From Terriglobia bacterium (lineage in GTDB: Bacteria; Acidobacteriota; Terriglobia; 20CM-2-55-15), in assembly GCA_965198265.1 (NCBI GenBank), contig CBDAPB010000032.1, positions 194,557 to 258,556 of the forward strand: 64,000 nucleotides of DNA, in the 5' to 3' direction. Below the pieces are notes generated by a model that was not told the origin of the DNA, made no database searches, and saw nothing but the letters and a program-made list of their open reading frames with translations. The translations under genes and the position numbers were made by a program. Shown one piece after another: positions 1 through 9,751 of this stretch (position 1 is its first letter; every line of letters starts with the position of its first letter).

Positions 1-726
1 ACCCGTGATCAGGCTGAAGTTGTCGGTGCTGGTCGCAGCTATACCGGTCATGTCCTTATGCGGTACGGTGATGTCGAATTTCCATTTGGTTTCGGTGGCA
101 CTTGTCGAGTCCTTGAGGAAGCTGATGGTCGCCAGATGAGGCGCACCCAGCGTATCGTAGAGCTGGAACGTGGTCGAGAACGTGTCGCCGACCGCGGAAC
201 TGCCGTCGAGGTTGAACGCGAGTTCGACCGTTGACGTCGGGCTCGAGTTCCCGGTCGTCGAAGGTATCTTGACGTTCACGGGGGTGCTGTTCTCGTCGAT
301 GAGTCCAGTAGTAGCATTCTTGGGGTAACCCTGGACGAAATGGCCCGTGGCCGTCACCAGGTTGCCGTCCGCGTCGGTGTGGAAATTGCCGCCCCGCGTG
401 TAGAAGGTTCCGGCTCCGTCACTCACGACAAAAAAGCCGGAGCCCTGAATCGCGACATCGGTCGGGTTGTTCGTTGTCTCAACGCCGCCCTGTGTGAAAT
501 TACCACTGATGTTTCCGACGGCGGCCCCGAGGCCGATGTGGCCGCTGCTCGAGGATTTCGCGCTTCCCGCGGCGCTCACCTTCTGGCCCAGAACTTCCAC
601 GAAGGAAATGCTCGTGGCCTTGTAACCGACCGTGTTGATGTTCGCCAGGTTGTTACCCACGACGTTGAGACCCTGTGTGTTGGTCGACAGACCGGATAGC
701 GCTGTCGAAAAGGTGTTGAAACCCAT
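1..726 (-). CDS. flgE: Flagellar hook protein FlgE, 5' part (gene continues beyond window start)
   Basis: Reverse-strand ATG at about 726. The N-terminus MGFNTFSTALSGLSTNTQGLNVVGNNLANINTVGYKA matches the conserved flagellar rod/hook N-terminal motif. The gene is long, as expected for the hook protein, and lies downstream of flgD. Confidence 0.8.
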   Translation of the reverse strand, partial: MGFNTFSTALSGLSTNTQGLNVVGNNLANINTVGYKATSISFVEVLGQKVSAAGSAKSSSSGHIGLGAAVGNISGNFTQGGVETTNNPTDVAIQGSGFFVVSDGAGTFYTRGGNFHTDADGNLVTATGHFVQGYPKNATTGLIDENSTPVNVKIPSTTGNSSPTSTVELAFNLDGSSAVGDTFSTTFQLYDTLGAPHLATISFLKDSTSATETKWKFDITVPHKDMTGIAATSTDNFSLITG

Positions 727-735
727 TAACTCTCC

Positions 736-1107
736 TTATTCGCCAAAAATTTGAGATGGGTCGGGATCATTGGCGTTCCCGCTCTCATCAGGACTGTTCT
801 GGTGCTCCAGGGACTGATGGACATCCTCCATCACACTCCGGATGTTGATCAGCTCTTCCAGGCTGCTGAATTGCGCAAGTTGCGCAACGAACTCGGCACC
901 GTCCATCGGGTTCATGGGATCCTGTCCCTTCATCTGCGCGACCAGCAGCTGCAGGAACTGAGATTTTTGTTCCTGTGCCTTGGTCGTCGTGAGCTGGAGC
1001 TCTTTCGACACGGGAGTAGACGTAACTGATTCAAGCATTCTCTGCCTCCTCGGTCCTCCATAAGGCACGTCCGCTGCCGAATCTTTCTTGCCCACAAACA
1101 ATTGCAT
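736..1107 (-). CDS. flgD: Flagellar hook assembly/capping protein FlgD (short form)
   Basis: Carries the FlgD motif [31 protein letters not shown]. Lies immediately upstream of flgE. The true start may be internal (MLESV...). Confidence 0.8.
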   Translation of the reverse strand: MQLFVGKKDSAADVPYGGPRRQRMLESVTSTPVSKELQLTTTKAQEQKSQFLQLLVAQMKGQDPMNPMDGAEFVAQLAQFSSLEELINIRSVMEDVHQSLEHQNSPDESGNANDPDPSQIFGE

Positions 1108-1260
1108 TCATTGATGCTTGAACCTTCGACCGAAGTCACTGCTCTTGAAAAATTTCCCCACCCGGCAGTTTTTTCTCATGTCAGAGGGCCCGGGTGCCGA
1201 TACGTTATGGCCCCTGCCGGCTGAGCCCAGCGGGGCCCGTAGCCGTTGTGCCCTTCGGCT

Positions 1261-1289
1261 GTAGTCAGTAGTCAGTAATCAGTTGGGCG
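1261..1289. repeat. Heptamer-repeat element, half copy: (GTAGTCA)2 GTAATCA GTTGGG
   Basis: Tandem 7-mers in the fliK-flgD gap. No partner arm. Confidence 0.8.
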
Positions 1290-1448
1290 CCCGGAATTCC
1301 CGAAGATATCAAGAACTTTCGAGAGCGGTGGAGGCGTTCGCTTAGACAAGGAATGCGCCGCGAGGACGACGGAGGCGTATATGAAATACGTTGAGTACGG
1401 CCGAGCAAGCATGACGCAGGATAAGCGGACGGATCCGCCGCTCCTGCA

Positions 1449-3113
1449 CTACGCGTGGACGTTGACTAGCGAACCCTCGGCCGACGATTCGAAGTGGGTC
1501 GTCAAGGAAGCATCCTCGACTTCACTCATCGTGGACGCCTGCTTTTTGGGGGAATGCGGGTTTCCGCTCTGCGAATGATTCGAGTCGGCGCCCGTGTCGA
1601 AGCGACCGGAGAACAGGACGTCCGACACCGAAACCTGTTCGCGGCTCAGCGATTCGACCAGGTGGTGGACGGAGCCCTCCAGGCCGGAACGAAGGACTGC
1701 GGGCGCATCGAATCGGAGCGAGACCTCACCCTGGTGGTCTCGGATCTGGACACGTACCTCAGCGTCGGAGTCTCCGAGCATCATGGTCACGCGTCGAGCG
1801 GGTTCGAGCGAAAACGTGGTGTCAGCCACCGGTCTGACAGGCTGGGGAGGGGCGACCTGCTGTGGGGCGTTCTGACGTTCGAAGCGGTCACTTTGATTCG
1901 GAACGTCCGCCGACATCTGCACGATCGTGCCGGCGTCCTTCGTCTCTGCAGAGGCGACGGATGGTTGCGCGGCAGCGGAGCGGGCCTGATTGAACTGCCT
2001 CGATGCGATGGCGACTTCCTTCCACACTGGATGGGACGTCACGAGTTGATCGACGGCGGTACGGACGAGAGGCAGCTCTTCGACGGGCAATCGGGGCGCG
2101 GCTTCTGTCGGGCGTGGCGCGTTCGTGCGCGCTTCAAGACGGGCCAGCAGATCCGCTGCCTCGGGGGCTGCCTCGAAATTTACTCTGTACGTGCCCTCGA
2201 CGTCGCGGGGCTGGGTCGCTACCACGACCGGCGTTGAAGAGGGCAGTTCCGAGCGAACGGCTCCTGCAGAAGGCCGTGAGGCGTCCGACACGGCCGATCT
2301 GGTGTTTGGACCACTCGAGGTCGGCTCCGGGCCGGCTGTCTTTGAAGCGGTATCTGGATCCAGGTCGATCGCGAGCTTTCGGACACCGTGCCCTTCCAGG
2401 TCGAGTGCTTCGGTCGAAACGCCAGCCGCTCGAGGGCGCGGGCCCGACACGCTGATGTCCCTAGCTGCAGCGCCGAGCGTCTCATCGTCACCCTGGTTCA
2501 CCGGTGTAGCGTCTTGTGGTCGAACCCTGCCTCGCTGCTCGAGGGGAATGTCGACACCCGGTTCAACGTTCTCGGGTGCGCCGGTCCGGGAAAGGGTGGC
2601 CGTCCGCTCCCCGGATACGACATCCGGCACGGGCCGTTCAACCGGGACTGTATCCCCGTGGGAAACCCTAACGGTCGATTCGACTGGGGCTTTCCCCGTC
2701 GATTCCATCCGCGGCTCAGACCGAGCGTCGTCGCCAAAGCGTTCCAATACCTCGAGAATCTCGGGCACATCAAGAGTTTCTGAATCCGCCAGCTGCTCGA
2801 CCGGCGGCTCGGCCCCTCGCTCGAGCGATTCGCGAATAAAATTAGAAAGATCTATCTCGGGGGGTATTTCGGCGGCTTCAGCAAGGGATGCAATCTCAGC
2901 GGTTTCGGCAAGGACGCCAGAAAGAACCGTTCCACCTTCCGGAGCACCGGCCTCGCCTTCGCCCTCGAGCCCCGCCTGCGTCAGATACGCTTCGAACAAG
3001 GAAGGATCGGAGGCCGCGTCCCCAATCGGGGCGCCGGCAACGGCGGGGTCCCCCTGTGGGGAGATCGGCCCCTGCGGGGAGATCGGCAGGTTTGACTGTG
3101 TCAGGTCTTCCAT
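1449..3113 (-). CDS. fliK: Flagellar hook-length control protein FliK (Pro/Ala/Ser-rich)
   Basis: 554 aa, low-complexity and proline-rich. Sits between fliJ and flgD, as in fla operons. The C-terminal 100 aa or so are more ordered and FliK-like. Assignment rests on position and composition. Confidence 0.65.
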   Translation of the reverse strand: MEDLTQSNLPISPQGPISPQGDPAVAGAPIGDAASDPSLFEAYLTQAGLEGEGEAGAPEGGTVLSGVLAETAEIASLAEAAEIPPEIDLSNFIRESLERGAEPPVEQLADSETLDVPEILEVLERFGDDARSEPRMESTGKAPVESTVRVSHGDTVPVERPVPDVVSGERTATLSRTGAPENVEPGVDIPLEQRGRVRPQDATPVNQGDDETLGAAARDISVSGPRPRAAGVSTEALDLEGHGVRKLAIDLDPDTASKTAGPEPTSSGPNTRSAVSDASRPSAGAVRSELPSSTPVVVATQPRDVEGTYRVNFEAAPEAADLLARLEARTNAPRPTEAAPRLPVEELPLVRTAVDQLVTSHPVWKEVAIASRQFNQARSAAAQPSVASAETKDAGTIVQMSADVPNQSDRFERQNAPQQVAPPQPVRPVADTTFSLEPARRVTMMLGDSDAEVRVQIRDHQGEVSLRFDAPAVLRSGLEGSVHHLVESLSREQVSVSDVLFSGRFDTGADSNHSQSGNPHSPKKQASTMSEVEDASLTTHFESSAEGSLVNVHA

Positions 3114-3128
3114 CTATTCAGCTAAGAG

Positions 3129-3584
3129 TTACGCCCGGCTCTTGCGTACATACCGGACGAGGGAAGTTTCGTCGATCATTTTCTGCATCATTGCAGATTC
3201 TTCCCGCTCCGCTTGTTGCAATTGGCGTTCCCGCAGCTTTTCGACGGTCTTTTTCTCCTTGAGGGCTTCCCTCAGGACTGCCTTGCGTTCTTCAAGCTTA
3301 GTAGTTGCTTTTTCAATATCTTGGCGGATTCGGCAAGAGCGACTTTCGGCCGCTCCGACAAACTTTTCGGTACACTGCAGACCCTCGGCGCTGAGCCCTC
3401 CAGGCTGGGAAAATTCTTCCATCGCCTGGCGGATTTTTCCCGCCTCCTCCGCCAGCCGCCCCTCGAGTCGCCGGATATCCCGCTCGCTCTCCCGGACGCG
3501 GGCTTCGGCCGCATCGACGGCGATCTGCCGCACGGACATGAGGCGGTCAAGGCGATTGAGGCTTTGTTTAGTTTCGGTCTTCAT
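3129..3584 (-). CDS. fliJ: Flagellar export chaperone FliJ (coiled coil)
   Basis: 151 aa, charged coiled coil, between fliI and fliK. Confidence 0.7.
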   Translation of the reverse strand: MKTETKQSLNRLDRLMSVRQIAVDAAEARVRESERDIRRLEGRLAEEAGKIRQAMEEFSQPGGLSAEGLQCTEKFVGAAESRSCRIRQDIEKATTKLEERKAVLREALKEKKTVEKLRERQLQQAEREESAMMQKMIDETSLVRYVRKSRA

Positions 3585-3593
3585 GGCGCAAAA

Positions 3594-3676
3594 GTGGTCA
3601 GTGGTCAGTGGTCAGTGGCCAGCAAATCGCCGCATCAACTTCCGATTCTGACCACTGGCCACTGGTCACTGGCCAC
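3594..3676. repeat. Heptamer-repeat palindromic element: (GTGGTCA)3-GTGGCCAG / 25-nt spacer / (CTGACCA, CTGGCCA) arm
   Basis: Inverted arms of tandem 7-mers that exactly fill the fliJ-fliI junction. The right arm encodes the last 3 codons and stop of fliI. Confidence 0.85.
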
Positions 3677-5003
3677 TATCCAGCGCTGCCAGTTCGACGA
3701 GACTCGAGCGCGTGCCGTCCATGTCGGCTCGCTCCTCGGCTGGCTGCTTCAGAAAACTGTTGATGGAATCGAGGCGGTCGATCGCCGTGTCGACACGCGG
3801 GTTCGAACCCTTCTTGTAGGCGCCGATCTGGATCAGGTCCTCGGCCTTCTTGTGCGTGCCGAGCAGGTCACGGATCTCGGTCGCCGATTTCTGGTGTTGG
3901 GCGTCCACCATCTGCATCATGAGCCGGCTGTTACTGGCGAGAAGGTCAATGCAGGGGTAATGACCTCTCGAAGCCAGTTCGCGGTCCAGCACGATGTGGC
4001 CGTCCAGGATCGCGCGGACCGAATCGGCGATCGGGTCGTTCATGTCGTCGCCTTCGACCAGGATCGTGTAGAAAGCCGTGATGCTACCCTCGTCGAACTT
4101 GCCTGCCCGCTCCAGAAGCCTGGGAAGCAGCGAAAAGACCGACGGCGTGTACCCTTTGGTCGACGGTGGTTCTCCCGCTGCCAATCCCACCTCTCGCTGC
4201 GCCATCGCGAACCGGGTCACCGAATCCATCATCAGCAGCACGTTGTGTCCCCGCCTCTGGAAGTACTCGGCCGCAGCGGTCGCCGCGAACGCGGCGCGTA
4301 TGCGCACCAGCGCCGGCTGGTCCGAGGTCGAGACAAATACGACGGAGCGCTTCAGACCTTCTTCACCGAGGTCGTTCTCGATAAACTCGCGCACCTCCCG
4401 GCCTCGCTCGCCGATCATGGCAATCACGTTCAGGTCGGCGCTAGTGTAACGGGCGATCATGCCCAGCAGCGTACTCTTGCCCACGCCGCTTCCTCCGAAG
4501 ATTCCGACTCTCTGGCCCATGCCACAGGTAAGCAATCCGTCTATGGATCGAATACCGGTCTGAATGGGATCTCGGATGGGGTCTCGAGACAGCGGATTCG
4601 ACGGCTCCGCATACAAAGCCTGCTGGCCCAGACCGGTGGGCAGTGGCCGCTCATCGATTGGACGACCGAGGCCGTCCAAAACCCGGCCCAGTAGCTCGTC
4701 TCCCACACCGATGGTGGCGACGCGGCCTGAAGCGTACACACGGTCACCCTGCTTGACGTTTTCGAGCTTGCCGAGCGGCATCGTGATCACCTTGCCTTCG
4801 TTGAAACCCACGACTTCCAGCGGGACCTTTGTCCCGGCGCTCTCGGCCCAGCAAATGGAGCCCGTCGTCACGTTCGGACCATGGGATTCGATGGAGTTGC
4901 CGACGACCTTATCGATAAGTCCGAATTCGATCAGAGAGTTCAGTTCGGCGAGGCGGGAGTAGCGCTCGGCAAGGTTCAAATCTTTGGCAAACTGGTTCGG
5001 CAT
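3666..5003 (-). CDS. fliI: Flagellum-specific ATP synthase FliI
   Basis: Walker A motif GGSGVGKST. Shares the F1/T3SS ATPase family. Confidence 0.95.
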   Translation of the reverse strand: MPNQFAKDLNLAERYSRLAELNSLIEFGLIDKVVGNSIESHGPNVTTGSICWAESAGTKVPLEVVGFNEGKVITMPLGKLENVKQGDRVYASGRVATIGVGDELLGRVLDGLGRPIDERPLPTGLGQQALYAEPSNPLSRDPIRDPIQTGIRSIDGLLTCGMGQRVGIFGGSGVGKSTLLGMIARYTSADLNVIAMIGERGREVREFIENDLGEEGLKRSVVFVSTSDQPALVRIRAAFAATAAAEYFQRRGHNVLLMMDSVTRFAMAQREVGLAAGEPPSTKGYTPSVFSLLPRLLERAGKFDEGSITAFYTILVEGDDMNDPIADSVRAILDGHIVLDRELASRGHYPCIDLLASNSRLMMQMVDAQHQKSATEIRDLLGTHKKAEDLIQIGAYKKGSNPRVDTAIDRLDSINSFLKQPAEERADMDGTRSSLVELAALDSGQ

Positions 5004-5019
5004 GAGCCCCGGCGGTTCT

Positions 5020-5598
5020 TCAGGATTGTTCCAGCAACACGCGGCCGATGCCGTTGATGCGGCTCATCATCCGCCCGTCCAGGTGCGTCTTGCTCGTGTC
5101 GATGAGGAAGTCACCCCGCTCCAGCGTGGGTTCGGGAACCACACTCACCGCGGGATTGATGTGCTCGATGGTGGCCCGGACGCGCTCCAGGTCGTCCGAA
5201 CTGACCTTCAGCGCAATCTCGTGGTGACCCTCGAGTCGTTTCAGCGCCAGAGTGGCCAGTGCGCTGACGACGTCCGGGTCCGTCGAGACTTCCCGCTCCA
5301 ATATCGTCTTCGCGATCTCCAGCGCTAGCCGGACGGTTTCCAGTTCCATCGACTCGACCAGGGACTTGTGCGCGATCGCGAACTGGACAATACTCTGGTC
5401 GTAGCGCTTGACGACCGTTCCGATCATCTGCTCGCCCATCTGTTTGCCCATGCGTTCGCCTTCGTGGTAGCCCTTCTCGAACGCCTGTTTCTCGACCGTC
5501 ATCACGTGGTCCTGGGGTAGTGCGCCCACACCTCCGGGCGGCGAGCTGATCCTGGGCCTCTTGACGCGTTCGGCGCCGCGGATGATCCTAGAGGACAT
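5020..5598 (-). CDS. fliH: Flagellar assembly protein FliH
   Basis: Lies between fliG and fliI and carries the FliH-like EKGYHEGERMGKQ motif. The ORF track extends to 5688 but that overlaps fliG; the likely start is 5598 (MSSRIIRG) or 5502 (MTVEKQ). Confidence 0.75.
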   Translation of the reverse strand: MSSRIIRGAERVKRPRISSPPGGVGALPQDHVMTVEKQAFEKGYHEGERMGKQMGEQMIGTVVKRYDQSIVQFAIAHKSLVESMELETVRLALEIAKTILEREVSTDPDVVSALATLALKRLEGHHEIALKVSSDDLERVRATIEHINPAVSVVPEPTLERGDFLIDTSKTHLDGRMMSRINGIGRVLLEQS

Positions 5599-6586
5599 AC
5601 TCGTCGGAACCTCCGCCGATGGCGATAACACCCTCGTCCTCGAGCTGTCGGACGATTTCGACGATGCGCTGCTGAGCGGCGTGGACATCGCGCATCTTCA
5701 TCGGTCCCATGATTTCCATCTCTTCCCTCAACATCTCCACCGCACGTTGCGACATGTTCCGGAAGAACTGATTCTGGAGTTCCGGGATGGTGCCCTTGAG
5801 CGCCTGCCCGATCGTTTTCTTGTCGACACGCTGCAGGATTTCCCGCATCGCGGTGTCGTCGAGTGTCGAAATGTCTTCGAAGATGAACATCAACTGCCGG
5901 ATGGAGTTCGCAATCTCCGGTGTCGTCGTATCGATCTGCTCGAGCACGGTCCGGCTCATCCGGCGGTCGAGGCGGTTGAACATTTCCGCCACGGCCCGGA
6001 TGCCGCCGAATCCCTCTCCGTCTCCGTAATTGCCCACCGGTTTGAGCTTTTCCTCCAGTACGGAAGCAACTCCGCCGATCACGTCGGGCGAGATCTCCTC
6101 CATGTTCGCCATCCGGACGGCGACCTCGGCCTGGATGTCCTCAGGCAGCGATTCCAGAAGTTCCGCGGCGGCTCTGGGGCCAAGATGGGCCAGGATCAAA
6201 GCAATCGTCTGCGGGTGTTCGTGCTGGATGAACTGCGCCAGCTGGAGCGGGTTGACTTTGTCGATCGACTGGAAGGCGTTGGTGCTGGCGTAACTGGAAG
6301 AAAGCCTGTCGATGATTCGCTTGGCAGAGCCCGCGCCGAGGGTCTTCAGGATGACCTTTCTGGCGTAGTCCACGCCGCCCTCGGACACGAAGCGGTTCGC
6401 CACGAGCATCTGGTACAGCTCTTCGGCGTTCTCTTCGGCCTGGTCGGCCGAGATCGGACCGACGTTGGAGATTTCCTTCGATAACTGTTCGATCTCGGAC
6501 TCGTTCAGATGGGCCATCACGCCGGAGGCGGTTTCTTCGCCCAGCAGAACGAACATCGATGCGGCTTTGTGTGCGTCTCCACCCAT
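5588..6586 (-). CDS. fliG: Flagellar motor switch protein FliG
   Basis: 332 aa, full-length similarity pattern to FliG (FliG middle and C-terminal domains, EHPQTIALIL). Confidence 0.95.
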   Translation of the reverse strand: MGGDAHKAASMFVLLGEETASGVMAHLNESEIEQLSKEISNVGPISADQAEENAEELYQMLVANRFVSEGGVDYARKVILKTLGAGSAKRIIDRLSSSYASTNAFQSIDKVNPLQLAQFIQHEHPQTIALILAHLGPRAAAELLESLPEDIQAEVAVRMANMEEISPDVIGGVASVLEEKLKPVGNYGDGEGFGGIRAVAEMFNRLDRRMSRTVLEQIDTTTPEIANSIRQLMFIFEDISTLDDTAMREILQRVDKKTIGQALKGTIPELQNQFFRNMSQRAVEMLREEMEIMGPMKMRDVHAAQQRIVEIVRQLEDEGVIAIGGGSDEYVL

Positions 6587-6789
6587 ATCTAACCTGCGCT
6601 CTCTGTCTCAGCCCGGATTATTCGTGCTTGTCGTCGCGAAGCGGTGGAGACGCCGCAGAGACAAGGCGCGCGACCGAGGCCCCCGCAGGCGTATATGACA
6701 ATACGTCGAGGAGGCCGACCGAGCGCAACGCCGTATCTGCGAGTGTATCCGCCGCTGCAGTAGACAATTCATGAATAAATCCGGGCTAA

Positions 6790-8601
6790 CTACTGTTTCT
6801 CTTCGTTCAGCCACACGCGAACCAGGCGTGCGACGGTTTCGGGTTCCCGTTTGGCGTGTTCGACCACGCGCGATCGGATCAGATCCACCTTGTTGGACGT
6901 CGGCAACGGGAGGAACTCGCGTTCGGGCGACCCATCAGTCGCCGCTGACGCAATCGCCGGAACCGTGTTCGGACCCCTGGCCGACGCGATCGACGGGATG
7001 CTGTTCGGGTCGATCCCGGCAGGTGCCGGATTGGCTGGAGCCGGCATACCGACCTGGGCCGGCAGGGCTTGGGCCTGGCCGGGAACCGTCGGTAGCGGGG
7101 CTGAATTCAGTTGTTCTTCAAGCTGCTGGACCGACACCGGTGTCTGGATCGTCGCGCCGAAATCACCGGCGGCGGCCGCCGCCGCGGCCAGCTGCGGACG
7201 CGGTTCCCAGTTGGCAAATATCGTCTTCTGCAGGGGCCGCAGGAACAGCAGGTAGACGAACAGGAACACGATCGGGATGATCAGGTACCGGAGCGCCGTC
7301 AGAATCAAGGGCGCTTGCTGCTCCAGCATCGTGGGCGGGATGACCGGCAACGCTTCATTACCGAACGAGACGTTCTCGACGATTAGCGAATCCCCGCGAT
7401 TGGCGTTGAAGCCGACGGTGGCCGCGACCAGATCGCGGTACTTAGTCATTTCTTGCTGCGGCCAGGGCTCCGACAGGGGCGTCGCGACACCTTCGTCGTC
7501 GACTTCAATCGTCGTCTTGTTGTCGAGGATCACCGCGACCGACATGCTCAGGATTTCCCCGACCGGGTTCACGACATGCCGAACGGATTTGGAAACCTCG
7601 TAGTTAACGACTTCGTTCTCGCTGACGTAGTCCCCTTCGCCGGGCTGCGCCGGCACCGCGGCCGGGTCCGCCTGGCCCTGGGGGCCGGGAATGCCGATGG
7701 CTGGGTTGTCTCCGGGAGTCCGCTCGGTGCGGATCTGCTGGGATCGGATCACGGACGCGTTGGGGTCGTACTGTTCGACAGTTTCTTCGACCTGCTGCCA
7801 GTCCATCACCACCGATACCTGGGGCCGCACTTTCCCGACACCGACCACCGGCTCGAGTATGCGCGTGATCTTTTCGGCCAGTTCGGACTCGATCGTCAGT
7901 CGTGTTTCCAGCTGCCGGCCCGACATCGGGCCGGAATCGTCGTTTTTCGACAGGATCCGTCCCGCGAAATCGATGACGGTCACCTTGGCCGGCTCCAGCC
8001 CTTTGACCGAGCTAGCCACCATGTGAACGATCCCGTTTACGGATGAGTCGGCAAGCGACCGACCACGACTCAGACGCAGGATCACCGATGCCTTGGTCTG
8101 ATTTTCGTCCGACTTGAACAACGATTCGCCGGACAGGACGAGGTGAACCCGCGCGACATCCACCTCCGAGAGTGTCGAGATGCTTCGCGCGAGCTCGCCT
8201 TCCAGGGCCCGCTGGAAGTTCACCTGTTCCTGGAAGTTCGTCAAACCGAAGTTAGTCCGGTCGAAAATCTCAAAACCGATGCGTCCTGACTCGGGCAAGC
8301 CTTCGCTGGCGAGCTGAATCCGAATCTCGGACATCTTGTCCCGGGGGACGCGCACCGTGGCGCCGTCATCGGACAGTCGGTATTCGACCGACATGCCCTG
8401 CAGTCGTTGAACGACAGCCTGGGCATCGGATGGATCCAGCTCGGAATACAAAACCTGGTAGTCCACCCGGTTAACGAAGTACACCAGAGTCCAGAGCAGG
8501 ACGATGACGGATGCCGCGGAACCGATGATCGCGACTTTCTGCGACAGGGTGTAGCTGTTCAACCAATCTTTGAGTTGATCGATGCTAGAAGGTGCAGCCA
8601 T
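6790..8601 (-). CDS. fliF: Flagellar M-ring protein FliF
   Basis: 603 aa, N-terminal transmembrane helix, YscJ/FliF ring domains, C-terminal transmembrane helix plus the FliG-binding tail. Confidence 0.95.
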   Translation of the reverse strand: MAAPSSIDQLKDWLNSYTLSQKVAIIGSAASVIVLLWTLVYFVNRVDYQVLYSELDPSDAQAVVQRLQGMSVEYRLSDDGATVRVPRDKMSEIRIQLASEGLPESGRIGFEIFDRTNFGLTNFQEQVNFQRALEGELARSISTLSEVDVARVHLVLSGESLFKSDENQTKASVILRLSRGRSLADSSVNGIVHMVASSVKGLEPAKVTVIDFAGRILSKNDDSGPMSGRQLETRLTIESELAEKITRILEPVVGVGKVRPQVSVVMDWQQVEETVEQYDPNASVIRSQQIRTERTPGDNPAIGIPGPQGQADPAAVPAQPGEGDYVSENEVVNYEVSKSVRHVVNPVGEILSMSVAVILDNKTTIEVDDEGVATPLSEPWPQQEMTKYRDLVAATVGFNANRGDSLIVENVSFGNEALPVIPPTMLEQQAPLILTALRYLIIPIVFLFVYLLFLRPLQKTIFANWEPRPQLAAAAAAAGDFGATIQTPVSVQQLEEQLNSAPLPTVPGQAQALPAQVGMPAPANPAPAGIDPNSIPSIASARGPNTVPAIASAATDGSPEREFLPLPTSNKVDLIRSRVVEHAKREPETVARLVRVWLNEEKQ

Positions 8602-8661
8602 AGTTCAGTAGGTCAGGATTCGTACGTCGGGTTGTCGTTCCCCGTCGGGGGTTGTCGTTCC

Positions 8662-8952
8662 TTAGACCTGAGCCCTCATGAGCTCCTGGTAGGCCTGAAC
8701 GATCTTGTTTCGAACCTGCATCATCATCTGGAAGGAAAGGTCGGCTTTTTCCAGAGCGATCATCACCGAGTGCAGGTCGGATTCGTTGTTCAAGAACTTC
8801 TGCAGCTGCTCGTTCGACCCCTCTTCCAGTTTGTTCACCTGGTCGACGGCTTCCTTGAGGATGTTGCCGAATTCGCCCTCCGAAGGCTTCTCTTCGAGCG
8901 GGGCGGGCTGAACGAGCTTCTGCAGGTCGTTGTAAAGCTTGAAATCACTCAT
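8662..8952 (-). CDS. fliE: Flagellar hook-basal body complex protein FliE
   Basis: MSDFKLYNDLQKL...QMMMQVRNKIVQAYQELMRAQV. The start overlaps the flgC stop (ATGA). The ORF track's N-terminal extension was rejected. Confidence 0.85.
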   Translation of the reverse strand: MSDFKLYNDLQKLVQPAPLEEKPSEGEFGNILKEAVDQVNKLEEGSNEQLQKFLNNESDLHSVMIALEKADLSFQMMMQVRNKIVQAYQELMRAQV

Positions 8953-9377
8953 CGTCCGAGATCCAGAGTTCGTTGAATCATCGTCTTGAGCACGCTGATC
9001 GCGGAGATGTTGGCCTGATAGCTGCGCGCCGCACCGGCGAGGTTGGCCATTTCCCGCATCGTGCTCACGTTCGGGTACAGGACATACCCTTCTTCGTTGG
9101 CGTCCGGGTGGCCGGGTTCGAAGCTCCGGATGAAATCGGTCGGGTCGTCGACGACCTCCACCACTTCGACTCCCCTGGGAGACCATCCACCTCTGGCGGC
9201 ATCCAGCGTTTGCTCGAACGGTGTCGCTTTGAACACGACGTCCTGGCGGCGGTACGGGCCGCCTTCTTCCGTACGCGTCGTGCGTGCGTTGGCCAGGTTC
9301 GTGGTGGACACTTCGACCCGCTGGCGCTGTGCCGTCATTGCACTCGCGTTGATGTCAATCGCGGTCAGTAGGCTCAT
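8949..9377 (-). CDS. flgC: Flagellar basal-body rod protein FlgC
   Basis: Contains the rod-protein motif LTAIDINASAMTAQRQRVEVSTTNLANARTT and the conserved C-terminus. Confidence 0.95.
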   Translation of the reverse strand: MSLLTAIDINASAMTAQRQRVEVSTTNLANARTTRTEEGGPYRRQDVVFKATPFEQTLDAARGGWSPRGVEVVEVVDDPTDFIRSFEPGHPDANEEGYVLYPNVSTMREMANLAGAARSYQANISAISVLKTMIQRTLDLGR

Positions 9378-9751
9378 CAGGCACCTCCATCGGTGATGCT
9401 GGACCGAAGAGTCCGCATCTTGTTCTGCAGGAACTGCATCAACGTGACGAACTGCAACCCGTTCTTGGTGACCTCGGTCAGTTCCCGGTCCAAGTCGACG
9501 GTGTTCCCGTTCGGCTTGGTCTTCGTGTCGACGTCGAACATCCGAAAGCCGGAGCTCGTTGCAGCATTAGTCATGTGGCGGCCAGCGGTGCCAACCAGGT
9601 TGAGCAACTCCAGCCGTTCTTCGAACGTCACGTCTTGGGCCCTGTACCCGGGCGTGTCGACGTTTGCGATGTTTGCAGACAGCACCTGCTGTCGCTTGGA
9701 AGCGACGGAGAGCTGGCTCTCGATGAAGTTCATGAAGCTACTTTCGATCAT
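9377..9751 (-). CDS. flgB: Flagellar basal-body rod protein FlgB
   Basis: Carries the SANIANVDTPGYRAQDVTFE motif. Confidence 0.9.
   Translation of the reverse strand: MIESSFMNFIESQLSVASKRQQVLSANIANVDTPGYRAQDVTFEERLELLNLVGTAGRHMTNAATSSGFRMFDVDTKTKPNGNTVDLDRELTEVTKNGLQFVTLMQFLQNKMRTLRSSITDGGA

Noticed and set aside
340-699. A 119-aa plus-strand ORF inside flgE
   Set aside because: Antisense to a gene with a clear conserved hook/rod N-terminal motif. No ribosome-binding site and no homology signal.
2125-3651. A 508-aa plus-strand ORF (and several other long ORFs) antisense to fliK/fliJ
   Set aside because: Ser/Arg/Ala-rich low-complexity translation typical of antisense frames in high-GC DNA. 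It fully overlaps well-supported flagellar genes.
6608-6814. A 68-aa ORF in the fliG-fliF intergenic gap
   Set aside because: Arg-rich and antisense-like with no homology signal. The gap more likely holds regulatory structure.
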